NCBI GenBank assembly: GCA_030264375.1
Contig: JASCQW010000072.1
Span: 67,170,209 to 67,234,208 of the forward strand
Length of the DNA: 64,000 nt
Origin: Carcharhinus longimanus
Taxonomy: Eukaryota
Reading direction: 5' to 3'
A program made the position numbers and the translations under genes. This document shows, piece after piece, positions 1 to 10,613 of the stretch. Positions within the stretch are counted from its first letter, which is position 1. Each line of letters begins with the position of its first letter. The notes under the pieces were generated by a model that ran no database searches, was not told the DNA's origin, and saw nothing but the letters and a program-made list of their open reading frames with translations.

Positions 1-160
1 AATCTACATTCTTCAGTTCCTGCCTAATATTGTTGTAATTAGCCTTCCCCCAGTTTAGCACCTTAACTTGAGGACTACGCTTATCTTTAATCATCAGTAC
101 CTTAAAGCTTATTGAATTGTGGTCATTGTTCCTGAACTGCTCCCCTATTGAAACATTCAC
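1..160 (-). mobile_element. CR1 LINE ORF2 (endonuclease region) fragment
   Basis: GGTCATTGTTCCTGAACTGCTCCCCTATTGAAAC reverse-translates to the V-I-G-E-Q-F-x-N-x-D-H-N motif typical of CR1 APE C-terminus. Confidence 0.55.
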
Positions 161-439
161 ATTCATGACAACAATTGGTTTCTGATTGTTACAATGAGGA
201 CTGCAGAACAAAAATATTAAGAAAGCAAGAAGTATTCGATAGACACTGGTACATCAAGCAACATAATGAACTTTACAGATTTGTGGAAGTGGTTCAACAT
301 GACGACCTAAAAATGAAGCCCTCAAAAGTAAGATCAAGGCTATATGATGGCATAAGACTTATACTGAAGGGACAAATTTGATTGGGCTGTCAACCTATGA
401 CAAGAAGGAAGATCATGAATTCCACATTATAGATGGAAC

Positions 440-1085
440 ACAAATCATCTCAGCTATAGCGAAATCTGGAGTCAAGCTTTTAAATGTGTTACTTTAGACA
501 TAAGCAGAATAAGTATGGAATAACTTTAGAATCAACAATCCGATTTGGAGAATGTATTCTCATTCTAGTCAATTATATGTCTTCACAGAAAAATGTTGTT
601 GCTGTATATCAAAAGAGAGAGAGCAATTGTGAAGCTTGATTGGTCAATTGAAATAGTTGTGCACTCAGACTAGACCAGACGTTAGCTTTAATGAATTGGC
701 ATTGAGTACTATGATGAAAAACACTAAAGTCAAGAATGTTTAAAGGGCAAATAAAGCATGATAAAAATATATCAGAAAAAATTGTTGTTAAATTCTCATC
801 CTTGGATGACCCAAAGAACATGAAGCTAGTCATTGATCTGAAGGAAGTAGTGCTAATCTTTTTGATGGGTGTCATAATGCCGTGTGTGATGGCCGGGAAA
901 TGGGAAATGGTGTTCCTTAGCTTGGGAAGCTTAGAAATTAAAAAGGGTTCTTGTAAATGCTTTGCATCCCCACAAGAGTCAGGGTTTTAGCAGTGGATGT
1001 GGGATTCTACTTGTCAAATAATTTAAATAAGATTCTGTACAGAGGTATACTGAAGATTGTGTACCATTGAATGTTATAAAGATAA
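440..1085 (+). mobile_element. Decayed Ty1/Copia-type LTR retrotransposon pol (RT end / RNase H)
   Basis: From 621: EQL*SLIGQLK*LCTQTRPDVSFNELALST...RANK, matching the Copia RT motif (R)SLxGxLxW/YxxxxTRPDI/VSF; downstream KLVI.., IFLMG..GKWCSLAWEA*KLKRV and AVDVGFYL resemble Copia RNase H. Stops and frameshifts throughout. Confidence 0.7.
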
Positions 1086-1612
1086 TGTCTCATCGTGGGG
1101 TAAGGTACATTCTATGAAACGTGGGTGGAATTTTATGAGGGTCATGGGTCTTGATAGGTGGCAAGAGCTCCATATCATTTGTTTTAGGGAAAGCTTTCCA
1201 ATTTAAGTGCCACTCGAGCATTTAACTGGCAGTGCAGGCCTTAGGATCAAGGACCCCAAGGGAAGTACGTCCCACCCACTGAGAGCTACTAGCCAATCAG
1301 CAGCTGGCTGTGTAACATTTGGCAATATCACTAGGGATGTGGTTGCTGCTGCTGGTAAGACACCCCCTAATTCTAGGATCATCTCTGGGTCCCAGACCGC
1401 AGGAGAGTGTAGGGAGTTGTGAGAGAGCAGGGCCAGCAGCAAAGGTAGGTGTAGTTCTCAGCAGGCCCCCCATCCCCTACCCAATGCCCTGTTCCATGAT
1501 CAAGCACTAGGAATCCTTGAACGAAGGACCCTAGTAGCAGGCAATGCTACACCAATTTTTATCTGCTTGCCGCATGGAGAGCCATCTGTCCACTGCCTGG
1601 TAAATAAAGCAC

Positions 1613-2103
1613 TGGGGAATTCCTCCATGAAGTTCCCATGTAAAGGTTTAGTTGACAATTGCCCAGAAGGGCTAACTTCCCCTGGATAATTACGCTGGGC
1701 TGGACACCATTTGACAAAGTGATTTAAATCACTAACTTCAGAAGGTTCTGCCAGTTTTAACTTCATAGTTACTCTGAAAGAGTTGGAAGGAAAGAATGCA
1801 CTTTGAACTCCAGAGTAACTGTTTTAAAGACCCAGACTGAGCCCTGCACAGAAATCCCCTCACAACACTGACNNNNNNNNNNNNNNNNNNNNNNNNNNNN
1901 NNNNNNNNNNNNNNNNNNNNNNNNNNNNNNNNNNNNNNNNNNNNNNNNNNNNNNNNNNNNNNNNNNNNNNNNNNNNNNNNNNNNNNNNNNNNNNNNNNNN
2001 NNNNNNNNNNNNNNNNNNNNNNNNNNNNNNNNNNNNNNNNNNNNNNNNNNNNNNNNNNNNNNNNNNNNNNNNNNCTAAGAAAGTTATGAGCTAGCAATTT
2101 CCG
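1613..2103. mobile_element. Dispersed repeat (MITE-like), copy 1
   Basis: 1645-1872 aligns by eye with 22078-22305 (GTTTAGTTG.CAATTG.CCAGAAGG.CTAACTTCCC...GATTTAAATCACTAACTTCAGA); both end in GAAGTTATG(A/G)GC(T/C)AGCA. Confidence 0.65.
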
Positions 2104-2167
2104 CTCTCACTTTCTAATATACCCTTATACCCTGCCTCCACATGTAAGTCAATCCTAGTCTTTTAAA

Positions 2168-2480
2168 GGTGGCATAGTAGTTAGCATTGCTGCCTCAGAG
2201 CACCAGGGACTTGTGTTCAATTCTGGTCTTGAGTGACTATCTGTTTGGAGTTTGCACATTCTCCTGTGTCTGCGTGGATTTCTATGGGTGCTTCAGTTTT
2301 TACCCACAGTCCAAAGATGTGCAGGTCAGGTGAATTGGTCATGCTAAATTGCCCCTTTGAGCCGGGGGATTAGCATGGCAAACACATAGGGTTATGGGAA
2401 TAAGGTCTGGGTAGGATTGTTGTCGGTGTAGGCTCGATGGGCCGAATGACTTCCTTCTGCACTGTAGGGATTCTGATTCT
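2168..2480 (+). mobile_element. tRNA-derived V-SINE (HE1-like)
   Basis: Head GGTGGCATAGTAGTTAGCATTGCTGCCTCA, V-domain GGAGTTTGCACATTCTCC..CAGTCCAAAGATGTGCAGG, CR1-type tail CACTGTAGGGATTCTGATTCT. Confidence 0.85.
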
Positions 2481-2527
2481 AATACCGGTAGCAGCAGGAT
2501 GAGACCCGTAAGTGGGCATTAGTTTAT

Positions 2528-2742
2528 TGAAGAACAACCTGTTCCTTGCTGTCATCAGACTTTTGAATGGTCATATCATTTGTTAAGCTGATCTTTCTCT
2601 TCACCCTACCTGTAACTGCAACACCGCACCCTATCCTTTTCCCCCCAATGTACTTTATAAATGGTATGCTTTGTCTGTATAGCGCCCAAGAAACAATACT
2701 TTTCACTGTATCCCAGTGCATGTGACAATAATTCAAATCAAT
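2528..2742 (+). mobile_element. Rex1/Babar-like LINE 3' end
   Basis: ATCAGACTTTTGAATGG ... TTTCACTGTATCCCAGTGCATGTGACAATAATTCAAATCAAT tail; family recognised from memory. Confidence 0.55.
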
Positions 2743-3404
2743 TGGTAGTGTGGTAGGAAGGCCAGCGATGGACCTTCTCACCATGGCCTTAATTGGATTG
2801 GAGGTGGGAGTGTGGTGGGGTCCTCACCTGTCATTCTCTCACCTGATTAAATGGTCCTCACCACCAAATAAGCTCGGGGCAGGGGGCATTAAATTTGCCC
2901 TGTGAATGAGAATCTTTAATGATTGACCTTGCTGACTTGAAGCAAATGCTAGAAAGAAAATAAATCTCTCAAATTAAATGGGTGGAGGCAAGTCATCAAT
3001 TGTTTGATTATTTATAAAAAGAATAGCACGCATGAGGAAATTGTACGGTGGTCTGAAGGAGAATTCTCACAATTTAATGCTTTGTGCGGATTTTGGAAGC
3101 TTTTGATATAATCTATTTTGCAATTTTGGCTGCACATCTCAAATCTAAATTTTATTTAAAGATAGTGACCAGAATTCTCTCATCCCGCCCACCACTGGAA
3201 TTTTAGCAGGAAGGTTGCAGAGAATGCAAAACGCCATTGATGTCAGGCGGGAATTTCCAGCTTTTAGACCAGCATAGCCAGAGAGTACCACTCAGTAATT
3301 CTGATGATTGTGTTTAATTGTAGGTCGGGCATTCCCTGGGGATTCATCTGAGTCCTTTATAAGTAGATATCAATTGAAAGTGTGGTTGTGGGGTTAGTGG
3401 GTGA

Positions 3405-4445
3405 ACATAAGAACATAAGAACTAGGAGCAGGAGTAGGCCATCTGGCCCTTCAAGTTTGCTCTGCCATTCAGTAAGATCATGGCTGATCTTTCTTTGGAC
3501 TCAGCTCCATTTACCTGCGTGCTCACCATAACCCTTAATTCCTTTATTGTTCAAACATTTATCTATCCATGCCTTGAAAACATTCGATGAGATAACCTGC
3601 TTCACTGGGCAGGGAATTCCACAAATTCACAATCTGGGTGAAGAACTTCCTCCTCAACTCAGTCCTAAATCTGCTCCCCCTTATTTTGAGGCTATGCCCC
3701 CTAGTTCTAGTTTCACCCGCCAGTGGAAACGACTTCCCTGCTTCTATCTTGTCTATTCTCTTCATAATCTTGTATGTTTCTATAAGGTCTCCCCTCATTC
3801 TTCTGTCCCAGTCTGTTCAATCCCTCCTTCGAAGCCAACTCTCTCAACTCCGGAATCAACCAAGTGAATCTCTTCTGCCCCCCTCTAGTACCAGTGTATC
3901 CTCAAGTAAAGAAACAAAAATGTAGACATGTGGCCTCACCTGCACCTTTTACAGTTGCAACATAATCTCTCTGTTTTTAAACTCTATCCCTCCAGCAATG
4001 AAGGACAAAATTCCATTTGTCTTAATTACCTGCTGCAAACCAACTTTTTGGGATTCATGCACAAGGACACCCAGGTCCCCCTGCATAGCAGCATGCTGCA
4101 ATTTTTATCATTTAAATAATAGTCCATTTTGCTGTTATTCCTACCAAAATGAATGGCATCACATTTACCAACATTGTATTCCATCTGCCAGACCGTTGCC
4201 CACTCACTTAGACTATCTATATCCCTTTGCGGACTTTCAGCATCCTCAGCACACTTTGCTCTGCCACTCATCTTAGTGTCATCTGCGATTTTTGACACAT
4301 TACACTTGGTCTCCAACTCCAAATCATCTATGTAAATTGTAAATAATTGCTATCCCAATACTGATCCCTGAGGCACACCACTAGTCACTGATTTCCAACC
4401 AGAAAAACACCCATTTATCCCCACTCCTTGTTTTCTGTTAGTTAG
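3405..4445 (-). mobile_element. CR1 (HER1-like) LINE, 5'-truncated
   Basis: AACATAAG tail repeat; minus-strand ORF2 remnants SKIADDTKMSG, WQMEYNVGKC, MRGDLIETYKIMK, TRGHSLK. Confidence 0.9.
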
Positions 4446-5467
4446 TGTGCATGCTCACAATCTGTAACTCTAAGCAAATGCTCATTAAAGTGTGCAAAGA
4501 TTGGCTCCAGTTATATCCTTCATTAACTGACTTTCTGGAATATAACACCTTGGTCGAAGACCCTTAAAATTACTGGCGAGGGAAGTACCATCTAGTCTTT
4601 TGAAAACAAATAGAATATAAAAGAAGAAAACATGCAGGAGGGAGAGCATGCTAACAGTATTGTTTAGTGTTTTGAAATGCAGTTATCTTTCAGAAAGCAT
4701 TGTCAGTGCCCCAGTTGTTGCACTGATTTGTATTGGCTCATCTGGCAGAGGGCACATCAAATTTCAATCTGACTTCATTCACTCTTACCTCATCAGCAGT
4801 CAGCTCCAGTGAAGCTGACTGCACCTGCATCCGGTGTATTTAATTCAGGTCCTGCAACCACCCGCTTCAGGTTTTACTGGGCCACCTCTTGCCCTTGACA
4901 CAGTTGTGTTTGACAGCAGCAAGGAACTTGGAGGCAAGCAAGGCCTTTGTATAATTATGTCATCTGAAAGCTACTGTCTGATTAACAGAAAGCGCTACAT
5001 GGCATTCAATTAAAGCTTTTCTTCCAGAGACTGTCAGCCTTGACAGCCTCTCACGGTTCATTACATTTTTTTTGCTGGTCTGCTCCCGGTCATTCTTTTC
5101 ATTCACAAAATCCAGTCTCTGTAATAATTGTAAAATTTCTACAGATGCTTGTTTAAAAAAAAATCAAAATATACAGAATCACTTTCAAATTCAGAAATCT
5201 GTTCCCCTTGAAAAATCCTTGGAATATAATGAAATCGCTGAGGATAATGAATGGGGTTTGTCAGATGATGTAAGAATATTTATTGTACAGACGACAATGT
5301 CCCTGTAGTCATTTAACTTCAGCAGAGAATGAGGTCAAAGAGAGGGGTAAGCCAGTCAGTATATCTCTCATTGTGAACCCCCACAGTTCTGTATCCGTAT
5401 TTGGATTGCACGTCCACTGACTGCTTCGATCTTGAAAGTGCCAATTTATATTAACAAAAAACCAAGT

Positions 5468-6005
5468 TATAGAACATAGAACACTACAGCACGAACAGGC
5501 CCTTCGGCCCACAAGTTGTGCCGATCACATCTATACCTACTAAGCCATAGACCTATCTATAACCCCCAATCCCATTAGATCCCATATACTCATCCAGAAG
5601 TCTTTTAAAAGACCCCAGCGAGTTCGCCTCCACCACCACCGACGGCAGCCAATTCCATTCACTCACCACCCTCTGAGTGAAAAACTTACCCCTAACATCT
5701 CCTCTGTACTTGCTTCCCTGCACCTTAAATCTGTGTCCTCTTGTAGCGACCATTTCAGCCCTCGGAAATAGCCTCCGAGAATCCACCCTATCTTTACCTC
5801 TCAACATTTTATAAACCTCTATCAGGTCGCCTCTCAACCTTCATCACTCCAGGGAGAAGACACCTAGCTCCCTCAACCTATCTTCATAAGGCATGCCTCC
5901 CATCCAGGCAACATCCTTGTAAATCTCCTCTGCACCCTCTCAATAGCTTCCACATCCTTCCTGTAGTAAGGTGACCAGAACTGCACACAGTACTCCAAGT
6001 GGGGT
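5468..6005 (-). mobile_element. CR1 LINE 3' end
   Basis: ORF 5553-5837 RGDLIEVYKMLRGKDRVD...TRGHRFK...FFTQRVV; TAGAACA tail repeat. Confidence 0.9.
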
Positions 6006-6887
6006 CTGTGTGTGTGTGTGTATAGACCAGGCAACATTACAACAGTAAGTACAATAGGTCAAAGTCCTACTTTGCCAATGAAATGCTTTGGGATATCCTG
6101 AGGTTATGGAAAAGGCTTAATAACTATGTTCTTTCTGTCTATTTTGATTCCATATTGCATACAATCAGCAATGAAACAAATCTGTTGCCTAATGTATCAG
6201 CTAATAGCACAAAAAAATGAAGAAGATGGAAATTTTATTTTTTATTTTAAGTCTGAAGTGGATTCTTAGATTAAAATAAGGTTTGTTTACTGTACGTTCC
6301 CAAACTGCAAGATATTAAGCCAGGATTTTTCTCTCTGGTCCAATCCCGTGTGGCAGGGTGTACTCTCCATCTTACTGAACTTGTCATGCTGACACTGGCT
6401 AGTTTTGCTGGGACATGGCTGCCTCTAATTGTTCAGCAGGCTCCCAATGTCACCTAATGAAAATGAACCCAACAGGAGTTCAAATCCAGGCTTTCCTTTT
6501 CACTCTGAGAAACGCTGCCTACATACCACAACTCAACCAAGAATGCAAGTCCTTCAGGCGTCAATTCTGCTATCACACAATTGGAATCACAAGGGACCCT
6601 GTCGGCATTATGTGAGTCTGCAGGAGTAAAACATCCCACGATATACAAAAAGGGACATAATTGTAAAATTGCAATTGATTTATCAGGTTTGTGCGTCTGT
6701 GTCCTTCAAGAGCCTCTTTTACCGTGAAATGAAATAGTCGCTTGAACTGAGGTCAAGGATTTTTTTGCCGCCTCCTCTGATTTATTCTTTGTTACTTACT
6801 TTAGTGGCTAATACATAGCATGAAAAGAACTGTTTGTATATTTCTTCACTCTGACTACCCAGTGGTCGTGGTATGATCATATATAAT

Positions 6888-7770
6888 AATAACAACATGT
6901 TTACATCGCACCTTTACAAAATGAAATGTCCCAAGGGGTTGCACGTGAGCGTTGTAAAGCAAAGTTTGACATTGAGCCACAGAAGGCAGTTAGCCAAAAG
7001 CTCGATCAAAAAGGTTGGGTTTAAGCAGTAGCTAAAAGGAGGAAAGGGAGGTAGAGGGGGAGAGATTTAGGGAGAGCTGAGGACCTAGGCAGCTGAAGGC
7101 ACGATAACCAATGACCATGTGATTAAAATTGGGGATGCTCAGGAGACCAGAATTAGATGAACACATATCTACGTTGGAAGGTTATGTGGGTGAGGACATC
7201 ACATTAGATAGAACAAGGCTGCAAATTAAGGTACTGACTGAGTGTAGTGTCAGTGACCCTGCATAATAGTTGGAGGGCATGTGTCTGAACTAAGACATGG
7301 GCAGTAGCATTTTGGGTGACCTCAACTTCACAGAGGCTTAAACCTGGGATGCAGGAGAGCTTTCAAATATCCTAAGGATAAAAAGGGATAGGATGAGGGT
7401 TTCAGCAGCAAATGAACTTATGCAAGGACATCATTATGAGGACAAAAATAGGCATCTTAGTGATGGCATGGATATGTGGTTGAAATTTCATCTCTGGCTC
7501 AAATGTGGCACCAAGGTTGTGAAAAGTCTGATTTAATCTTTTACAGTTGGCAGGGAGAGGGTCAAAGTCACTAGTTAGGGATTGGAGCTTGTGGAGGAGA
7601 TTTAAGACTTTGCTTTTTTCCAATATTCAATTAAAGTAAATTTCTGCTTATCCAGTACTGGATGTTGGACAAGTAATTTGATAATTTGGCAAAAGTGAGA
7701 GAGGTGCTGGTGAGGTAGAGTTGGACAAAAACTCACACTGTGTTTTCAGATGACGTCACCAGAGGAAACA
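6888..7770 (-). mobile_element. Old L2 LINE 3' portion
   Basis: AACAACATGTTTACATCGCACCTTT..ATGTCCCAAGG tail; minus-strand NLGATFEPEMKFQPHIHAITK is an L2 ORF2 motif. Confidence 0.7.
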
Positions 7771-7775
7771 TGTAG

Positions 7776-7900
7776 ATGAGGAGGTTATTGCAGAAGGTCA
7801 GGGGACAGGGAGTTGGGGGTAGAGTGTTAGCGTGGATAGAGGATTGGTTGTCAAATAGGAGGCAGAGAGTGGGGGTCAATGGGTGCTATTCGGATTGGCG
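7776..7900 (+). mobile_element. CR1 RT fragment running into gap
   Basis: RRLLQKVRGQGVGGRVLAWIEDWLSNRRQRVGVNG. Confidence 0.85.
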
Positions 7901-8000
7901 NNNNNNNNNNNNNNNNNNNNNNNNNNNNNNNNNNNNNNNNNNNNNNNNNNNNNNNNNNNNNNNNNNNNNNNNNNNNNNNNNNNNNNNNNNNNNNNNNNNN

Positions 8001-8198
8001 CTTGCATGGGGGACCTTATCAAACGCCTTGCTGAAGTCCATGTAAACCACGTCTACCGCTCTTCCTTCGTCAATGTGTTCAGTCACATTCTCAAAGAACT
8101 CAACTAGGCTCGTAAGGCACGACCTGACCTTGACTAAACCATGTTGACTATTTCTGATCATTCTAAACTTCTCCAAATGCTCATCAATCTTGTCCCTC
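8001..8198 (-). mobile_element. CR1 RT fragment running into gap
   Basis: QHGLVKVRSCLTSLVEFFENVTEHIDEGRAVDVVYMDFSKAFDKVPH. Confidence 0.9.
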
Positions 8199-9423
8199 AG
8201 AAGCCTTTAGAAGCCTCATAGAAGCCTTTAACCTGTTGCACCACTCTGATATATTAGATTTCACATTCATTGTAATTCTCCCGGCTACTGCTGCCTGTTA
8301 TGTCACAACTTGTCATGTTTACCATTCCAAACCCCATTCAGTACAATATTATCTGATATATCAGGCTCTTCATTATATTTACTCAGTTTGGTGATTTCAG
8401 TGTTAGGGCCTTATTAACTTAAGATAGGAGGCAATTCAGAAACTAACGTTAGATAATTCATCAATATTTTGTGATTCAACAAGGTCTTTCGCAAGTTTAA
8501 GAACTGCTTGAGTGTATTGGTCATTAAATCCGTTTATTAGATAATTTAAATCATAATAATAACCTCTTTCAACAATAGCTAAAAATGAGATGTAATTTTA
8601 CTTTTTTATTATCATCACGTCAGAGACAAATGACCACAGAGTATAACCTGTATCAGTCCTCACATTAGTGGTGCTCATTGAAGTGAGCAGATGTAAAGCG
8701 GAAGCTCTCCTTTGGTGATTCCAGTGTTATAGATGTTTTCTTATTTTTCAGCTGCTGCTGTTCCTTATCAAATGAATTGAGGAAATCCCTATCTTTTTGA
8801 TGCCATTGGTGATAATCATAACCATTGGTGTTCTCCCTATTGTCTGACTATTGGTGTATCTCTGTCTGCATAGGATCACTCTGTCTCACCATATTTAAAT
8901 ATGTCCCTCAACCCAACCCCATCTGTAATGTCTGCACTGCTTGGCTTTGTGTTGCCTGTCTAAAATGCCGAATAAATTAAACAACCAGACTGTTCACATC
9001 TAACCCAAAAGTATGAATTAAACAAGATTATTGGTCAGGAGGACAGCAGACTGAGATGATGTATAAAATGATTATTTCCCATGGCCCCTTTAAAACTCAA
9101 GGGGTTCCTGTGATACAACACACCCCTTATTCAGTGTGCTATTATCTGTTGTGGCACACCCCTCAAACGATCTAATACTGTCTGATATAGCACACATTTC
9201 GTATCACACCCCCATTCAGTTTTATTTGAGATAACATGGCCCTTATTCTGTGTAATACTGACTGATTTAGCATACCACCCATTTTGTAACAGCCCTTATT
9301 CACTGAACAATGTTAGATACTCTACATCCTTCCCCTGCTGCATTACTCTCCAATCTATTGTATCTTCATTCATTGCCACATTGTCTTTTACATGTGCTTT
9401 TTCATTGACCCTTTTTGGTGCAG

Positions 9424-9663
9424 GTGACTCAGGGACAGATGGAGGACTGCATTAAGCAGGAATTTGCTAAAATGAGGCAGCTGGTGACTGAGGAAGAGCG
9501 CAAGGCCCTTCACCTGGTAGACCTGCAGGAGGCAGTGGCTACAGCACATGTAGCTGAGCTAATAGCTGAGATTAATGTCACCATGGAAAAGCTTACAGAG
9601 GAGATGCAAGAGATCACCAGGCAACTGAATGCCTTCAACCAGCTGGCACTGCTGAAACCAAAG
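9424..9663 (+). CDS. TRIM44: TRIM44 internal coding exon (coiled-coil region), 240 nt, phase 0/0
   Basis: Polypyrimidine tract + CAG acceptor (9421-9423), AAG|GTAAGT donor (9664). Translates [80 protein letters not shown], closely matching human TRIM44 as I recall it (VTRDQMKMFIQQEFKKVQKVIADEEQKALHLVDIQEAMATAHVTEILADI...). Confidence 0.93.
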
Positions 9664-10297
9664 GTAAGTGATGCCCAGTTACCTAACTGCAGGTATAGGT
9701 GCAAACAGTGAATGAGCAAAACCCATTAGGATAGTGCTGAATACCCTATTTGAATTAAAGCTCCCACTCCAAAGCTATTGAACCATACCAACACTGAGAG
9801 CAGCACCAACTTCTGCTCAGGTGAAAGGTCAGATTGAAAATCTTGCTTAACATCAAATACTCTGTTAACACTACAAGGAAATTCCAATTAATATTTTAAA
9901 ATTATACAGTTACACAAAAAACTTTGCTTGTATTTTGAACATCCTGGCTGCCAGTTTGAAATGCATTGACCTATCTCACATTTATGGACATGGTTCCAAT
10001 ACTGACTTCCATGTTCTGCTGATATAGTATGCTGGGTGAGCCAATGCATTTGAACCTTCATTGCTGAGGGACTTGTGCTTCTCTGGAAGGACATGGTATT
10101 TGAAAGAGGGTGGGAGAGAGTACTGACAGTTGTGACAAATGGCAGTCCAATTCACACCAAGCTCCAAAAATGTAAACCTTTTTTGCCCAGTAGATAGATA
10201 GCACATAGTCCCATGGTGTAAACTTATAGAACGATATTCAGTGTGATTGGAATCAATGAGATAACGCAACCTGATTCTTTGTATTGTTTCTTTGCAG

Positions 10298-10317
10298 GTC
10301 ATTGAAGATAAACCCAG
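10298..10317 (+). CDS. TRIM44: TRIM44 20-nt micro-exon (VIEDKP-R/S), phase 0/2
   Basis: TTGTTTCTTTGCAG acceptor, exon GTCATTGAAGATAAACCCAG, donor GTAGGT; in frame with the preceding exon; human TRIM44 has, as I recall, a 20-nt exon ending ...CCCAG at the same position. Confidence 0.8.
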
Positions 10318-10450
10318 GTAGGTGATTAGTGTGATTCTCATTTTTAATGTAACATTTTACTGTTTGCAACAAGAAGCACAGCTACTTAGAACTCTAATTC
10401 CCACATGCTTACAGCATTTTACCGAATGACATAATCACATTGTGTTTATA

Positions 10451-10613
10451 TAGAAACTGACACAGTCACTGTATGTTGTATTGAGACTAAGCTGGTCATT
10501 GTATATTAAACAGAGGCTGACACGGTCACTGCGTGTTATACAGGGGCTGACACGGTCACTGCGTGTTATACAGGGGCTGACACGGTCACTGCGTGTTATA
10601 CAGGGGCTGACAC
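10451..10613. repeat. 30-bp minisatellite
   Basis: CAGGGGCTGACACGGTCACTGCGTGTTATA x3 near-perfect (10511-10600) plus a partial unit and two degenerate upstream units. Confidence 0.9.

Larger units (their letters stand above)
1123..2900. mobile_element. Non-autonomous TIR (PIF/Harbinger-like) element hosting nested insertions
   Basis: Imperfect termini GGGTGGAATTTTATG ... CATTAAATTTGCCC; GC-rich body broken at ~1606 and resuming at ~2480. Confidence 0.5.

Noticed and set aside
2168-2240. tRNA-like A/B boxes (many sites)
   Set aside because: SINE heads, no full cloverleaf.
7776-8198. Consecutive CR1 RT segments on opposite strands facing one gap (possible inversion)
   Set aside because: Junction hidden in a 100-N gap; two independent insertions or mis-scaffolding explain it equally well.
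1-9400. Upstream TRIM44 exon(s) (SKDSGGLKAAMIELVERLKFK-like)
   Set aside because: Not found by eye; probably upstream of the window or in a gap.
9415-9711. ORF-track 98-aa ORF as a complete gene
   Set aside because: Only 9424-9663 is exonic; start and tail are intronic.
10451-10613. CRISPR-like appearance of ~30-bp repeats (also 28618-28717)
   Set aside because: Head-to-tail units without unique spacers, no cas genes, eukaryotic context.
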